Shown piece by piece: positions 11,092-24,226 of a DNA stretch of 64,000 bases (the stretch's first letter is position 1; each line of letters begins with the position of its first letter). A program made the translations under genes and the position numbers. The notes below the pieces were generated by a model that did not search any database, was not told where the DNA came from, and worked only from the letters and a program-made list of their open reading frames with translations. Source of the stretch: Podarcis liolepis (Eukaryota); the NCBI GenBank assembly GCA_965112155.1, contig OZ218106.1; one strand, 5' to 3'.

Positions 11092-14000
11092 GGAAAGAAG
11101 AAAAGACTTTTATACATAATGTAGGACTGGTGAGCAGGGATTGCCCTGACATACAATGTCTAATCATACTATCTAAGGTCCATGGTAAGCTGTCTCCTTC
11201 CTTGAGTCATAAGATAAAGTGTCTTGGGGCATGCTTGCATCATCACGTAATCCTCACTACACTTCCACGTTGGAATCTGTTTGCACAGCAAGATATCAGT
11301 CCAAGGTAAAGTGAAGAAAACTATTTGGATGGTCAGAGCTTCTTTTCCCCACTGTCTTGTTCTGGGCTGGGTCCCCAAATAGGCTACACACACACACAGT
11401 AGCCCAAGAAAATGAACTGCCATGGAGACATGGCATGGATATCCCTACTTATTCAATTTTGTTTCCAGCTTGCAAACATTACAGAATGTATAATGCCACT
11501 ATCTGCTTCCTGAATTGCTTCTAGATTTCTCCCATCAAAAGCAATGGGATTTGAACTCCATCTCTGTCACATTCAGACCACAGTTTCTAATACACCTTGA
11601 GGAAAGGCAGGTGTGATTTTGTATCGGTTTGTTGCAGTCAGCTCTCACAGCAAAAACAGTTTGCAGCTGCTTTGTCCAACTGTAACAGTGACAACAGGCC
11701 AGCAATTTTAGCTCCTGTTTGAAGCAGGTGAGCAAACAATCAGAGGTAGTTATAACTACAGTGGTGCGGAGAAGAACATATTTTGGACACCAACTGTGTT
11801 CTAGACCACATGTGGTAGGAAATGTTCGGATAAGCATGGCTCCATCGATAGGTACAGTATTCCCATGATTAAAAAGTATTTGTATATTCGGTGGTTTGGA
11901 AGGGATCAAGACAAATACTTGAATGCCACAGCTTCCGGGAAAATATGGATGAGAGTAATGTCATAAGACTTAAAGTCACTTAAACAATGTAGACAGCATC
12001 CAGAGAGAGAGAAAAATCCTGCTAGCAATTTACTGGGGGGAAAAACCCCAGAACTAAACCGTGTATAATTTGAGGGAAAAGCAGCAGAAAGGCTTTTCCT
12101 TTCTTAGTTCAGGCCTTCAACAGAGCAGGGACACCTTCAATAAAATATACACAGAAAAAATTCCCTCGTAACTACACAGCCAATCAGGAAAGATGCTCCT
12201 CCCCCTGCCTAGTTGCTAAGCTATACCTCTACCTATACCCTTCTTGGCCCGTTGACTTCAATACTAACAGAATTAACCATTAAGTTGCACACAGAATGAT
12301 CTCTGCTGTTGCACTTTCAACAAAAATACAGTCCAAAATACAGTTGTTCTTTTTTTAAATCCAAACATAGCTGGGAAAACATGCTACATTTTTAGCATTA
12401 AGCAGTAAAGGCACATTCTGAAATATTACGCCCATAGATGACACTGTACAAATAACTGGAATCATTTCCATGTAATGTAAAAGGAGCGTGTGGTGAGGTA
12501 TGGTAATCTATGGTGGGGCTGAATTTGTGTTTGTGATGCATCTTTAACATTTAACATGCATACCACCACAATTCGTTAAATTGTGCATTGTGCACACATT
12601 CATTTCCCCACCTCTCAGCTTGTCTTTGGTAAAGCTTTCTCCACAGTAATAGAAAACAATTGATAATTTTGATTTTAAAAGAAAAAAGAAAGAAAAGTTC
12701 CCACAAGGCCGCTATTAATCAAACACCATTCAGCAATGTAGCACTTTCGTCTGTTAATTGTAATTGTTCGGGTATCTACTGTAGAATGGTCTTCGCAAAT
12801 AGAGAAGAGTCCTTTAATGACTACTTAGGTGATTGTACGCAGCCTGTATTTACTGACAGAAGAGCCTGGTTGATTGAGGACTTTTACTGATGGCTGTAAG
12901 TTGCTTTTCCTTATCCCAAAAAGAAAAGAAAAAATCATGACCAGAACTTTTTGTCCTCAGGTTTCCTATTCCAGAGTTATCTCTTTCTATTTATTTATAA
13001 ATAGAACTTTGCTTCAGTGCACTCAAGTTGGCATACATTTTATTACTGTAATCCAACAAGATACAGAAAACCAAGGTTGAAGAACACTGCCCTAGTAGAT
13101 CTATGGGTGGTCTGAAATAGATCAGCAAGGTTTTCTGGTTCCCAGTTGTTCAACAATGACAACAAAATGCCCCTCTCCTCGGATTAGACTTCTGAAATTA
13201 AGAAAACTTGGGGTAACCAGTTTTTCCCCCCTGTGGAAGTATGGAAGTTCTGCTGTGATACGCACAAGAAATCTGTGTGCCCAGCAACTACTCAAAGGCA
13301 ACCTGTTCTTTAAATCTAAGCATATGTGCTTTTGCTCAGGGCTCCAGTGAAACACAAAATAGATCCTGCAATCTTGAAGTCTGCCTTCCCCTGTTGACTG
13401 TACCAGCTTACCTGCATTGTGCCTGCTTAAATTCCTGGTCCAAATGAGCAGGAATGTGCAGTGATGTATGTTGCAAATCACCCTTCTTCTGTAATGATCT
13501 GGTGAGCTAAAATCATAGTTTAGAATGTTAATATAAATTAATATGCTCTCCATGCCAAATAGACACTATTATTAGCCAGCTTGCTTGGTTTCTATTTGTA
13601 TACCATTCTTTAATTTACCATACTATGCACTTACTTACTAAAGGCCTGCTTTTGTTTTGTTTTTAAATCCCAATGACCAAGCAACCAGAGTGAGAAGCAG
13701 ATTAGTCCTATGTTAAGTAGTGCCAGCTTGAACATTTGAAAGGTGATGCCGTTGCCATTTTCACCCTTATTTAATGAGAGCAGTGTCTTGTTTTCTGTAT
13801 AGCTGACCTTTGATTTATTCCCCCTGGAGTGGGACATCACTGTAGGGGTTCAGTATATAATTTTAACAATGGCTATCAGAACAGTAGGGATCTCTGCTAG
13901 AGACAAGACATCTTTGGCATGAAATATGACAGTTTTCTTCTTTGGTCTTTACAGTGCTTGTTGATGTGTATAAAATGACTGCTTCAAATACAAGAGCTTA

Positions 14001-15879
14001 GTTAAGGAGCATTTCTTTTGTTTTCCTTTTCAGGATTCTATTTTCTTTTGCTGTTTCCAAGCAAATTAAATTTGCTTTCTCCAGCCGCTGGTCTGGATGG
14101 AAGTAATGCAACCATCATAGATAGAAGTAGACCAACAGATGTTTTTGGATTTTGTACCATGATATGAATGTAGGTAGGCATGTCGTAGATGAGCATGTCA
14201 TGTACTCATAAGCCCAATCTATGCAGGCAAATTGACAACCTGTGAAAACTCTTCCAGCTTATTAGGAACAATAAAAGTGATGTTTTGGACTTGCGATCTT
14301 GCAGTCCTTACTTTTGACAGGACAAACTATGTTAATAAGAAGTTGCTATTAATTCTGAAGAGGCCATGTAGAGTGTTAGACAGTTAGAAAAGCTTCCTGC
14401 AATCAGAGGTGGGAGGCAATGCTAATTTCCAGTTAGTCATGTAACTCCATTGTTTTCACATGAATTGTGGCTGGCAGGTCTAGACCCTGAGAAGGTTCAT
14501 TTACCTAGAGCTGTGGAGAATTGCAGCGGAATGACATAAGACATGGTGGATGGAATTCTTCCATCATTACACAACAAAGGTATAGGAACTCTCCCGGAGG
14601 ATGCCTTCAGACTTTCACTATTTTGCAGGGGAGATTCAAGTACATAGCAGAACTTTAGGTTTGCAGAATTAAAGAGGATTAAAGCACTCTTGTCACTCTA
14701 GCATAAAGACCCATACTTCTTGTGATTAGTAAATTGATGGGGGAGAGAACAGAAAAGTATAGGATGAACAATTGTCCTCATCATCCATGAACTAGCTGTA
14801 GACATCTACACAAGCCAATGTACAGAGACTTTCTTTGGAGTTGGAATCCTGAATGCTGAGGATTCCAGCTTCCAGGGGAAGCCTACACACAGAGAGATCT
14901 ACATAGGGCAGCTCTTCCTAAGCAGATGTCTACACTTAGAAAGCCATGAAACCTCAGAGGCAATGCCAGCAGCGTGGTCTTGCAGCCCCTTGATTGTGTG
15001 GAGGCCTCTTCATGTCAATAATATTTGAAGCAGACTCGTCCAGGCAACCAGACTATTCCGCATGAGAGTGTCAAATGAAGACCGGGAGAACCCGGGGTAC
15101 AATTCCTTGCCTGGCATGACTATTTCACATGGGGTCACTCTTTACTATCACAGAAGTGAGATTGTCCCTAGGCTTCTGCATAGCAGTCTACAATGTAAGC
15201 TGGGTACCCAAAGTTTATTTTACCCCACTCGGAAGGACAAAATTACTAGTTCTAGCTAATTCAGTCAATACAGTTGCTAATACTTTAGTAGTCAAATAAA
15301 ATTACAACTTCACTTGCCATCCTTATTGTCCTTTAATTGGTTCCCTAAACCACACTGCAGCTAACGTCTCACGTTCTAATTAATAATGGTGATAAGGAGA
15401 AATTATCTTCATTGGGCACAGTATGTCAAAGCTATTAGGACAGAGTCTATTAAGGAATATCATAATTTGGGTTGTTCCAAAGCAGGGGGTATATGGAATG
15501 TTTTAGATTCACCGACTCTGGGATCTTCAGAAGTACTTATTTGAGCAATCTTAAAAGGAGATTCTCATCCTCAAAACATACATGAAGAATAATTCATCCA
15601 AATACAAAGGACAGCTTCCATTCCCCCCCCTTTTAATGTTGCAAAGAAACCCTCTCCCTGCCATTCAACACAAGATAAAATGAAATTCGGAATCATTAAA
15701 ATGATTGTCTCTGCAAATTTTACTTAGGCTGCAATCCTATAATCAGTTAGCTGGTAGTCAGTTGAACTTAATGAGGCTTACTTCTAAGAAGATATGCACG
15801 CTACAGGATTGTTAAGACTGCTGTAGGGGGAAAATCGTAAGAAAAGGCTAAAGCCTATTAAGGTCCATCCTTATAATTA

Positions 15880-16112
15880 ATAGAGCTGGAAGAGACTCTA
15901 GTCCGGCCCTCTGCAATGCAGGAATCTCAATAAGAGCATATATGAGAGAGGGCCATCCAACCTCTGTTTAAAAACATCCAAGGAAGAAGAATCTCATGGG
16001 AGTCTGTTCCATTGTTGAACAGCTCTTACTGTTAGAAAGTTCTTCCTAATGTTTAGTCGGAATCTCCTTTCTTGTAACTTGAAGCCATTGGTTCGGGTCC
16101 TAGCCTCCAGAG
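15880..16112 (-). mobile_element. CR1 LINE 3' fragment
   Basis: Encodes RTRTNGFKLQERRFRLNIRKNFLTVRAVQQWNRLP, the canonical CR1 ORF2 C-terminus. Confidence 0.92.
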
Positions 16113-16839
16113 AATACACCTTTTGCTTCCAGTGAGAGAAGTGTAAGACCCCAAAGAAACACGTATGTATTTTTATTTTAAAAATGGCTTTAGAAACATT
16201 AGAATCCAATGAGACAATCCGAATTCAGTCTCATGAATAGTATGTCCTCAGACTAGTATGTCCTTATCAACCTAAACACTTAATTTTAACAAACAGGTAA
16301 GACCTTCTCTTGCAAAACACACAAAAAGTGAATGTTTTATTTTGTCTGAAGACCTGCTTCAGGAGCCCGTTGTTGTTTTAAAAGCACGATCCCAATCAAA
16401 TGTTATGTTCCACAAAGCCGCACCAAAGGAAAACATCTCCAAAATACAGATGCAATAGCTTAATGAGCTTCACCAAAACAATTTAGTTAACACTGGTAAT
16501 AAAAAAGGAAAAAGGAAAGTCACCTGAAATATTCTCTGAAACAACACAAACATGAACAAATATTTCTGACCGCCATACATTTAGGGACTTGACCTACACT
16601 TAGAAACCCTGTGTGAGCAAAGTCTGCTTCCAGCAAAACCAACACAGAGACATACACTATCCCAGAGTCATGGGGATAAGTAACAGGGAATGAGCTGACA
16701 GAGGCAGCTGCATCTTGGCCCGAGAGTGGATGTATCCCTTAAATGCCTTTTAATAGGTTTCTGCAAAGAAGACTAGGTTCCAGAAACTGGACCTGAACTG
16801 GAAAGTGGTCCAAAAGGAGGTTGGGATTATTGGTGCTTT

Positions 16840-17018
16840 GGGAAGGTCCATGGCTCAGTGGAAGGGCATCTGCTTTGCATGCAGAAGGTCCCAGGATCAT
16901 CTCAGACATATCTCCATGTAGGGCTGGGGAACATTCCTGTCTGAAACCCTGGCAAGCTGCTGCCAGCCAGCATGTGAAAATGGACCAACGGTCTCAGTAC
17001 AAAGTAGCTTCCTATGTT
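16840..17018 (+). mobile_element. tRNA-derived SINE (Squam2-like)
   Basis: tggctcagtggaagggcatctgctttgcatgcagaaggtcccagg...ctgaaaccctgg...agcttcctatgtt; second copy at 58335. Confidence 0.75.
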
Positions 17019-17192
17019 TAGCACAGCGCCTGTGGGTCTGTCCTTCAAGAGTAAATCAAGATGGAGAAGTAGAAGCCTTATCAGTGCCATTCAAAGTATT
17101 GTCATTGGCTCTTGTCTCAGGGACCAGCGGATAGGCAAAATCTCTTACCTGGTCTGGTTGAGTAAAACAGGTTGAAGGTTCCAGAGACTACT

Positions 17193-17234
17193 GAGCCCGG
17201 CCTTGGCTGGGGAGGGCGGGGTATAAATAAAAAC

Positions 17235-17294
<60 letters not shown>
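17193..17294 (+). repeat. L2-like 3' terminus with (TAT)20 microsatellite tail
   Basis: gagcccggccttggctggggagggcggggtataaataaaa followed by TAT repeats at 17235-17294. Confidence 0.75.
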
Positions 17295-17863
17295 GAAAGG
17301 TGTGAAATGAGAAGTGTGACACTTGGGTCCAGCAAGTTAATCTTGCACCAAGGCAAAGACGGCATTAATACTGATCTTGGTTGTAACCCAAACGCAGCAG
17401 GTCTAGGACAGAGTTTTGGAAACTAAGCTCTTGATTTTGGCCCTATGGCTGAAATGATCTGGAAACAGATCTGGTGGGAAGCATTTTGCAGAGGTATTGC
17501 AAATTAGGAAGGAATTTACAGGGGTCCAAGGAAGGACTTTTATTAGCAGCTACTTGTATCCATCTTTTTTTGGGGGGGGGGGGCGTACACAGGGCAACAT
17601 TCACAAGGCGATCCCACTTTATCGGCTTGGCAACAAAAGGAAAGTTAGGTTAGGTTCACGGATAGTAACTGGCCTAAGTGAGCTTTACAGCAGAGCTCCA
17701 GAAGTTAGCAGAGTGGCTGGGGAAACCTAGCCAGGTGGGTGGGGTGTAAATAATAATAATTTTTTTATCATTGTTGTTGTTAGCAGCAAGAAAGGGCATG
17801 GAAGTAGTAGCTGATTATAACACATTTGGAGGTGTGTTGTTGGTTTTTTTTAAAAAAAACCTA

Positions 17864-18118
17864 CTGTATTTTTCGCTCTATAAGACGCACCAGACCACAA
17901 GACGCACCTATTGGAGGAGGAAAACAAGAAAAAAAATATTCTGAATCTCAGAAGCCAGAACAGCAAGAGGGATCGCTATGCAGTGAAAGAAGCAATCCCT
18001 CTTGCTGTTCTGGCTTCTGGGATAGCTGCACAGCCTGCATTCGCTCCATAAGACGCACACATATTTCCCCTTACTTTTTAGGAGGGAAAAAGTGAGTCTT
18101 ATAGAGCAAAAAATACGG
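17864..18118 (+). mobile_element. Tc1/mariner-type MITE (CCGTATTTTT terminus)
   Basis: TIRs ctgtatttttcgctctataagac / gtcttatagagcaaaaaatacgg with TA TSD and an internal hairpin; inverted sister copy at 35440-35699. Confidence 0.9.
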
Positions 18119-19261
18119 TACTACAAATTCAAGAGCAGGGTGGCAGCTCGACAGCTCCAGCATGTAAAAAGGGGAATATTATTTTGTAAATCGCTAGAAG
18201 GAATGACTGGATTTGTACATTTTAAAAATTGTTCTTAAAAATGAATGTGTTTCTGGTGAAAATGTCAATACTCAACTACCATAACCAACTGTCCTTCCAG
18301 GACTCATACAGCCCGAGTGCTCCTGCTGTATATTTGATAGGCGGTTTCTTTTACATCAGGTGGAATGTAGTGGGGGAAAGTATTTCCGCCCCGCCTCCCA
18401 CAATAGCTAGTATTGAAACCCTGTCCTGTCGCATTTCTCCTCCATTCTTGAAGCTGCATTTCCAGCTGTCACTGGCAGAAGGGACATATTCAGAAGTGTC
18501 CTGGAAGCTATTCCTCATCCAGAGATAGGAAAGAAAACTCCGGTGGATCTTTCAAAACAGAAGTCAGCCGAGAGGAAGGCTTTGTGGTAGGGTTTGTTCA
18601 AAGTGGCTTGGCTTGACACATTCATTTCTTCTCTCCCAGAGACGGTAGGCCACTTTGGTTGAAGTTGAGAAATATCTCAGCATATATTTGAGTGAATTTC
18701 TTTACTCAGCTTATTCTGTTTAAATTTACTTAAGGGTCAGCAATACGGGAAAGCTAAATTAAGGCTACAATCTTAAATTGTAGGGGTGGAGAGTGAAGGC
18801 CACCTAAAATTCAGTTTCCTGCTAGACTCACGAAAAAACCCTCCTCTATCCTTTTACCTTATTTAGTTTGGAACATTTACCCTCCTATAGAAAATAACAA
18901 GGAGGAAATTAATGAGAAATCTTGAGGGGAAATCTTCCCATTCTGGGAGCATGTCAGGAGGATGAGACAGCGATGGCTCCTGCTCTCTCTTTGATGTCAG
19001 TAGGGCAGCAGGAAAGCCTAGGGGGTGGAGATCTGGCACTCTCTTTCTCTGCCCCCCTCTCCTCCCAAGGGCCAAAAGATTACAGTCTTAAGACAGAGAA
19101 GAGAGGCTCCTTGGCACAAATCAGTAACCCCTCTGCACTATAATTTATGGGGAAGTTGTTTGCACAACTAATTTTTGTAAAAACTAGCAATGGCAAAAGT
19201 TTGATTTTGTCTTCTTCATTTCTTCCAGTGAACTCTTTAAGTTTGGGGGGGGGGGGCTGTG

Positions 19262-19362
19262 TTAAATGCAGTCTATTATTTGCTCAGATGGTTGCTTCAA
19301 AGTGGGATTAGAAGCCATAAAGTGAAACTGCGTGAATCCTGAAACTTTATTGCAGGCAGCAC
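19262..19362 (-). CDS. AGA: AGA exon 9 (last coding exon)
   Basis: Acceptor ctgacacag|GT, 101 nt; [36 protein letters not shown] at 19264-19262. Confidence 0.96.
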
Positions 19363-20008
19363 CTGTGTCAGGAAAGGGAGAGATAAGAGAATAAAGAGAG
19401 AACAAACTATGAGAGGCGCATTAATCTGTCTCCTTGTGCTTTTAACATCTAAGGATCCCACTATTAATTCAACTACAATTGTGCAATTGTTCTTTTATAG
19501 CCTTAATTAACCCAGCATTGCGCTTTCTTTAAAAAAAGTCATCTTTCCTTCACTTTTTTTAAACTCTTGAAGACGAAAGAGTCTCCAGCTAGCACTATGG
19601 CCTTCACAACCTAAAATATAATTCCAAGTTTGGTATATTTTGTTTCAATTTACATCTTAATACTGGCAAATGTAATGAGTCCACGGGTCTCTAATCTTTC
19701 AAACGGAGAACTGTGGGAAATCAAAGATAAAAGAAGTGCACCGAGCAGCCTAACCCAATACGTCATATCGATTAGCAAAATGATTCTGCATGGTGATCCA
19801 AGGGCTCAATAATGAGATACCCAGCATGACTGATCTTGGATTGCTTTGAAGCAGACTCTGTCCCCCCCCCCAAAAAAAGTGAATATTTTGTTTTGAGCCC
19901 TTTCCTGCATGCTGATGTGACAAATGGGCAACGAACACAGAATCCGAGTGTTGCGAACTTATTCCAACCTATAAATTTGCATGAAACAAACTTCTGAGGT
20001 AGACGTAC

Positions 20009-20142
20009 CATAGCTTCCACTCGCGTTGGCACAGATAACGGCACCAAAGAAGTATGGCTCATATTTCTGAATTCTAGAAATAACTTTCTGGCAGGCTATG
20101 GTGGGATCCATTCCTGTTCGCATATACTCCACGGCTTGATAG
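20009..20142 (-). CDS. AGA: AGA exon 8
   Basis: 134 nt, ag|C...G|gtacgt; [46 protein letters not shown], with the conserved beta-subunit sequon N-A-S. Confidence 0.97.
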
Positions 20143-20810
20143 CTGATTTAAGGAAAATAAACAAACAGATATTAACACAAAGGTTTTCCAAGTGTCATAG
20201 TATGCATAGTATGCCAAGGAGGAGGAAATGAACCTTAAAAAACCCCTCCTCTGCTGATAACAAAAAGGGAATCTTGCACGAACTTGCCCCAACGTTGACA
20301 CGGGATAAAAAAACCAAGACAGGGCCTTTTTAGTGGTGGTTCCCTATCTCTGGAATGGTTTGATTTGGCCCTAGTGATGCACTGTGACCAAATCCCCTGG
20401 GTCTAACTGTTATCAAAAACTCATAATTAACTGGTTTGGATATGAATTTGTCCAGGTCTTAATGCTTGGGTGCAATATGAACTGAACACTAGTTCCCTTC
20501 CAAATTCTTCTACGGCTAGGAATGTAGAAAGAGAGTCTGCATATTTAAACGAAATGTGAAATAGCTATTATTAGTTCAAAATCCTGGTGGATAACTACTG
20601 TTTGGACAAGGCTAAGCAACATCCCCAAGATGATGTTGTTTTTCTACGTCATGAAGGACCTATGGGCATGCCTAGTGACACCCCCAAGGCTTGAAGCAGT
20701 GCAGTGCAACTTCCGAGCTTGCCTGTACAAAGCCCATCTTTTACCCCAGGGTGGCCTCACAATTAAGCCCAGTATCAAAAGACCCAAAGCAGTTCACAGA
20801 ATATAAAAAC

Positions 20811-20918
20811 CTGGGCAAGAAGCGCATCATCAAATCCCCATCTCCAGTGGCAGCTGCAGCTCCAGCTGTACTATCTGCATATGCTCCAGCTCCAGCAATT
20901 GGAGAGTCTCCCACACGT
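20811..20918 (-). CDS. AGA: AGA exon 7
   Basis: 108 nt; [35 protein letters not shown], containing the substrate-binding RVGDSP and oxyanion-hole TG motifs of Ntn asparaginases. Confidence 0.97.
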
Positions 20919-21921
20919 CTAAGAAAGATGAAGGCGATGTTAATCCAATGAAAACAGCTGGGCGATGGGGAAAGATTCCGATAGCTCCAACAGAGTCACA
21001 AACAAGCTAGCAACAAAGACACACTGAGGCGTGTTTCTCATTGAGGCAGTAAACCTGTGCCTGCCTGGAGTAAACCTCTTGGAGCTATATGTACAATCTC
21101 AGGACTCTGCCAGACAAAGCATTTGTCCAGATTTGCTCGTACAAAGCTTAGGCAGAGGTTACACCATGTCTGGTATTTACTGAGCATTCGTTCAGATTTG
21201 TTTCTGGTTTTTTTAGGAGGAGAGCTTCTGAGGACAAAAGGCCATTCATCCTGATCTGCTTTAGGGGTGTCTTCCCATCAATCATTTGTCCATTCCACAC
21301 TTTTCTATACAGAGCACTTTCATTGCGCATGTCTAAGTTTCTTACTATGAGCTCGAATTTCCCTTGCAAAATACATGACAGAATGTTTGTCCATTAAAAA
21401 ATAAGACACAGACCCCCAAACCAAAAACCACAAAACTTAGAATTGCTTCTCCACAACATTTAGCTTTCTGTGCAGAGGATAGTTCAGTCATGGGGGTCCC
21501 TGACTGTAGTCAGTACAGCCCAGACACAAGCTTACCACCTCAAGAAGATGTAGTGGTAAGTCTCAGTATATAATAGCAGATTTTGTTTTCCCATGCGTCA
21601 ATTCCATTCTTTTTGGACAGCAATATTTATTATTATATTTGCTGAACTGGGGTGAAATATCAAGGCAACACTTAACTTAAACATCCAATATAATCAAGCA
21701 CAGCTCTAAAACGGATAGAATTGAAGAGGAAGAAGACAGAAAACAAATTCACGCATTCTTCACATATCCACTTTCCCACAAAATCCTTCTTTCAAGTGAT
21801 ATAAAAATCATTACCACTACAGCAGCAGTTCACATACACACTCATGCTCACTATAAGCAGCACTCAAGAAAGGAAAACAAATCTCATCAATAAGGAATCT
21901 TGATTTTATTGTGACACTAAC

Positions 21922-21997
21922 CCCTGAATTTTGTGGTCTGCACCATTTGTTGACGTCCCCACAGCAATGCTTCCATTCTGACCAATCACAATCATGC
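21922..21997 (-). CDS. AGA: AGA exon 6
   Basis: 76 nt, tttgtag|GC...GG|gttagt; GMIVIGQNGSIAVGTSTNGADHKIQG. Confidence 0.96.
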
Positions 21998-24226
21998 CTA
22001 CAAATGAAAACAGGTAGGGAATTTAGAAGCAGAATTATGGGTTAATGATTCTGTTAATTGGATAAGGGTAATGTTAGGCGACCACCCTTTAAAACAGACC
22101 AGATTCCTGCTGTCCTTCAGACAAAAGTGGGGAACTGGGTTTGACCAGTGAGTTACAATGTTTATCTCCCCATCCCCTCATGGGCCAAATTTGACAGGTG
22201 GGTGGAGCTCAGGAAATCCCTTTCTAAATTCTGGGCAATGTAACCCTTGGACAAAGCACGATCTTGCCCATTGTTTTACATAGTGCTTTGCAGGCACTGC
22301 TGATCGGCTGGGCCTGCAAACCCCTTTTCAGCTAAGCCACCTTTTGACCTGGCCCATACTGACAACATATATGACAGCAGCTGTGTGCAGTTGGGCCAAA
22401 ATGGTCTTGAAGGCCAAATGGGAGGCCTGACAGGTGCAATCAGGTTTGGAAGCTGGGGGTCCCTCACCTATTTTAAGAGTTCCCGGTAATATACGACAGT
22501 CGCCACAATCTTTTCTTATCACAACTAGATGGTGATGGGATCCACTTCACCTGGGAACTGTTTGCCTTCCTTAGGCCTCTTTCACGTTTGGAGTAACTCC
22601 ACCCTAGAGTCCATCTATTACGTTTAAGGAAAGAAAATCTTCCATCTGCGAAGACAGATGATCACCAGGATCACAGTCTGCCCCATAATTCTGCAGATTA
22701 AGTCAGAAACATGGGCTTTGGCTCCTAGCTTCAGATGGGAGGCATTATAATCATTCACTTCAAGTGTGGAAAGACATATTTTAGGACACTTAATTGTTAA
22801 TTTATAGACCCACATCCAGATAATTCACGCACTGGCTACTGGAAGGCAGCGAGTGCCATAAACATAGTGTCAACTGACACAGCATGAAGCAATTGTTCAA
22901 AGTTTGCATTCAATTATTTGCCAAGTAGGCAATTTGCCTACAGAATGCAACTGCCTACAGTAGCCTAGTTCAGTTTTGCTCTTTCTTTGCCCCCCAAAGA
23001 AGGGAAGCAAAGAATAAATCACTGGCTTGGGCAAACTGCCAAGGTGCAAAAGTTCATAAGGACACACCTTTAGATTAGCAAGAACCCTGGCATTTGACAT
23101 TTTAAAAATGCTAATTACTTGGTGGTGACGAATTTAATCATCACACTAGAAGTGCCTCTTAAGTGTCTGGGAATGAGGCTTGTGCTCCCAAGTCACTTAG
23201 GTGCTTCTGTAAATTCCAAATTTAATTACTATGCAGATGGAAGAGGCTGGATCCAAACAAAGTCGTTGTCCCCCGCCCCATCCCATCTTCAGCTAATTTT
23301 GCAAAATGTAAAGTTGAAACTTGAGCTTATTTGAAAAAACAACAACAAAACTTCCAGACCTATGTAGTTCTGGAATATCCATTAGGATGATCAATTCACT
23401 GGAATATATAAGCTCATTTTGAAATTACTTCTTCAAGAAGGAGCACTCTTGATGCACGTTCAGCAAACTAGCAAGCAAAAAGAGTAAATTAAGTTGTTCC
23501 TGCTTGAAAACAAAGTGGTGCTTCGATTTTGGATGATAATCATGTTCTACCAACACAAGTTCTGCCTCATCAGACCATGTAAAATGCTCATCGTATATCT
23601 GTAGAATGAATGTATGAATGTACGGGGACTGGGAAGGAAGGGTGAAAGGCGAATAGAATGTCACATCCTAATTCTAGAACTAAACAGAGAAGCACAGGCC
23701 AGGTTCCTACAGTAAGTAGGGAGATTTACAGAATGGGGTGAGGGGTAACATGGCAGGTGTCCTTCCACATCCCAAGTCCTACCAGCTCATGCTGGCCAAG
23801 GTGGAAGGTGGCTTCCGTGAAATTTTTCACTATGCCAGCAATATATTGACATAGCTGAGAAGCCCGAGGAACTTTTGGATCAAGTGGATCCAAGGCTGCT
23901 GATGATCGGCTTCAAGACTCCTCATTTCAAGGCTCCTACACGCAGTAGCGTTTCACCCTCCTGGGCAGAGCCCCACAACCAGCAGAGAGGCAGCTATGTG
24001 TAATCTGACAGCACAGCATTCAACATTATGGGGTGCTAGGGCTTCATGCTTCGGAAATGTCTTGCTGAATCACTGATGTTATCTCTGCATCAGGCAGAGT
24101 TTGTTCTTAAGTGGATTGTGTCCTTATATCCTGCTTAAAATTATTCACATTCAGTTTCTCTGGTGACTCATTTAAAACAAGAAGAGGGATTGCAGCATGA
24201 AATAAGCTGCTGTCAAGAAGGCATAC

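Noticed and set aside
16840-16920. tRNA-like sequences here and at 560, 10895 and 58340
   Set aside because: They are SINE heads: no intact cloverleaf, and they continue into SINE bodies.
17172-17426. Poly-Tyr ORFs here and at 48997
   Set aside because: Translations of (TAT)n microsatellites.
17500-19261. AGA polyadenylation site
   Set aside because: No canonical AATAAA close to the stop on the - strand; candidates (CATAAA near 19145, AATAAA near 17540) cannot be distinguished without transcript data.
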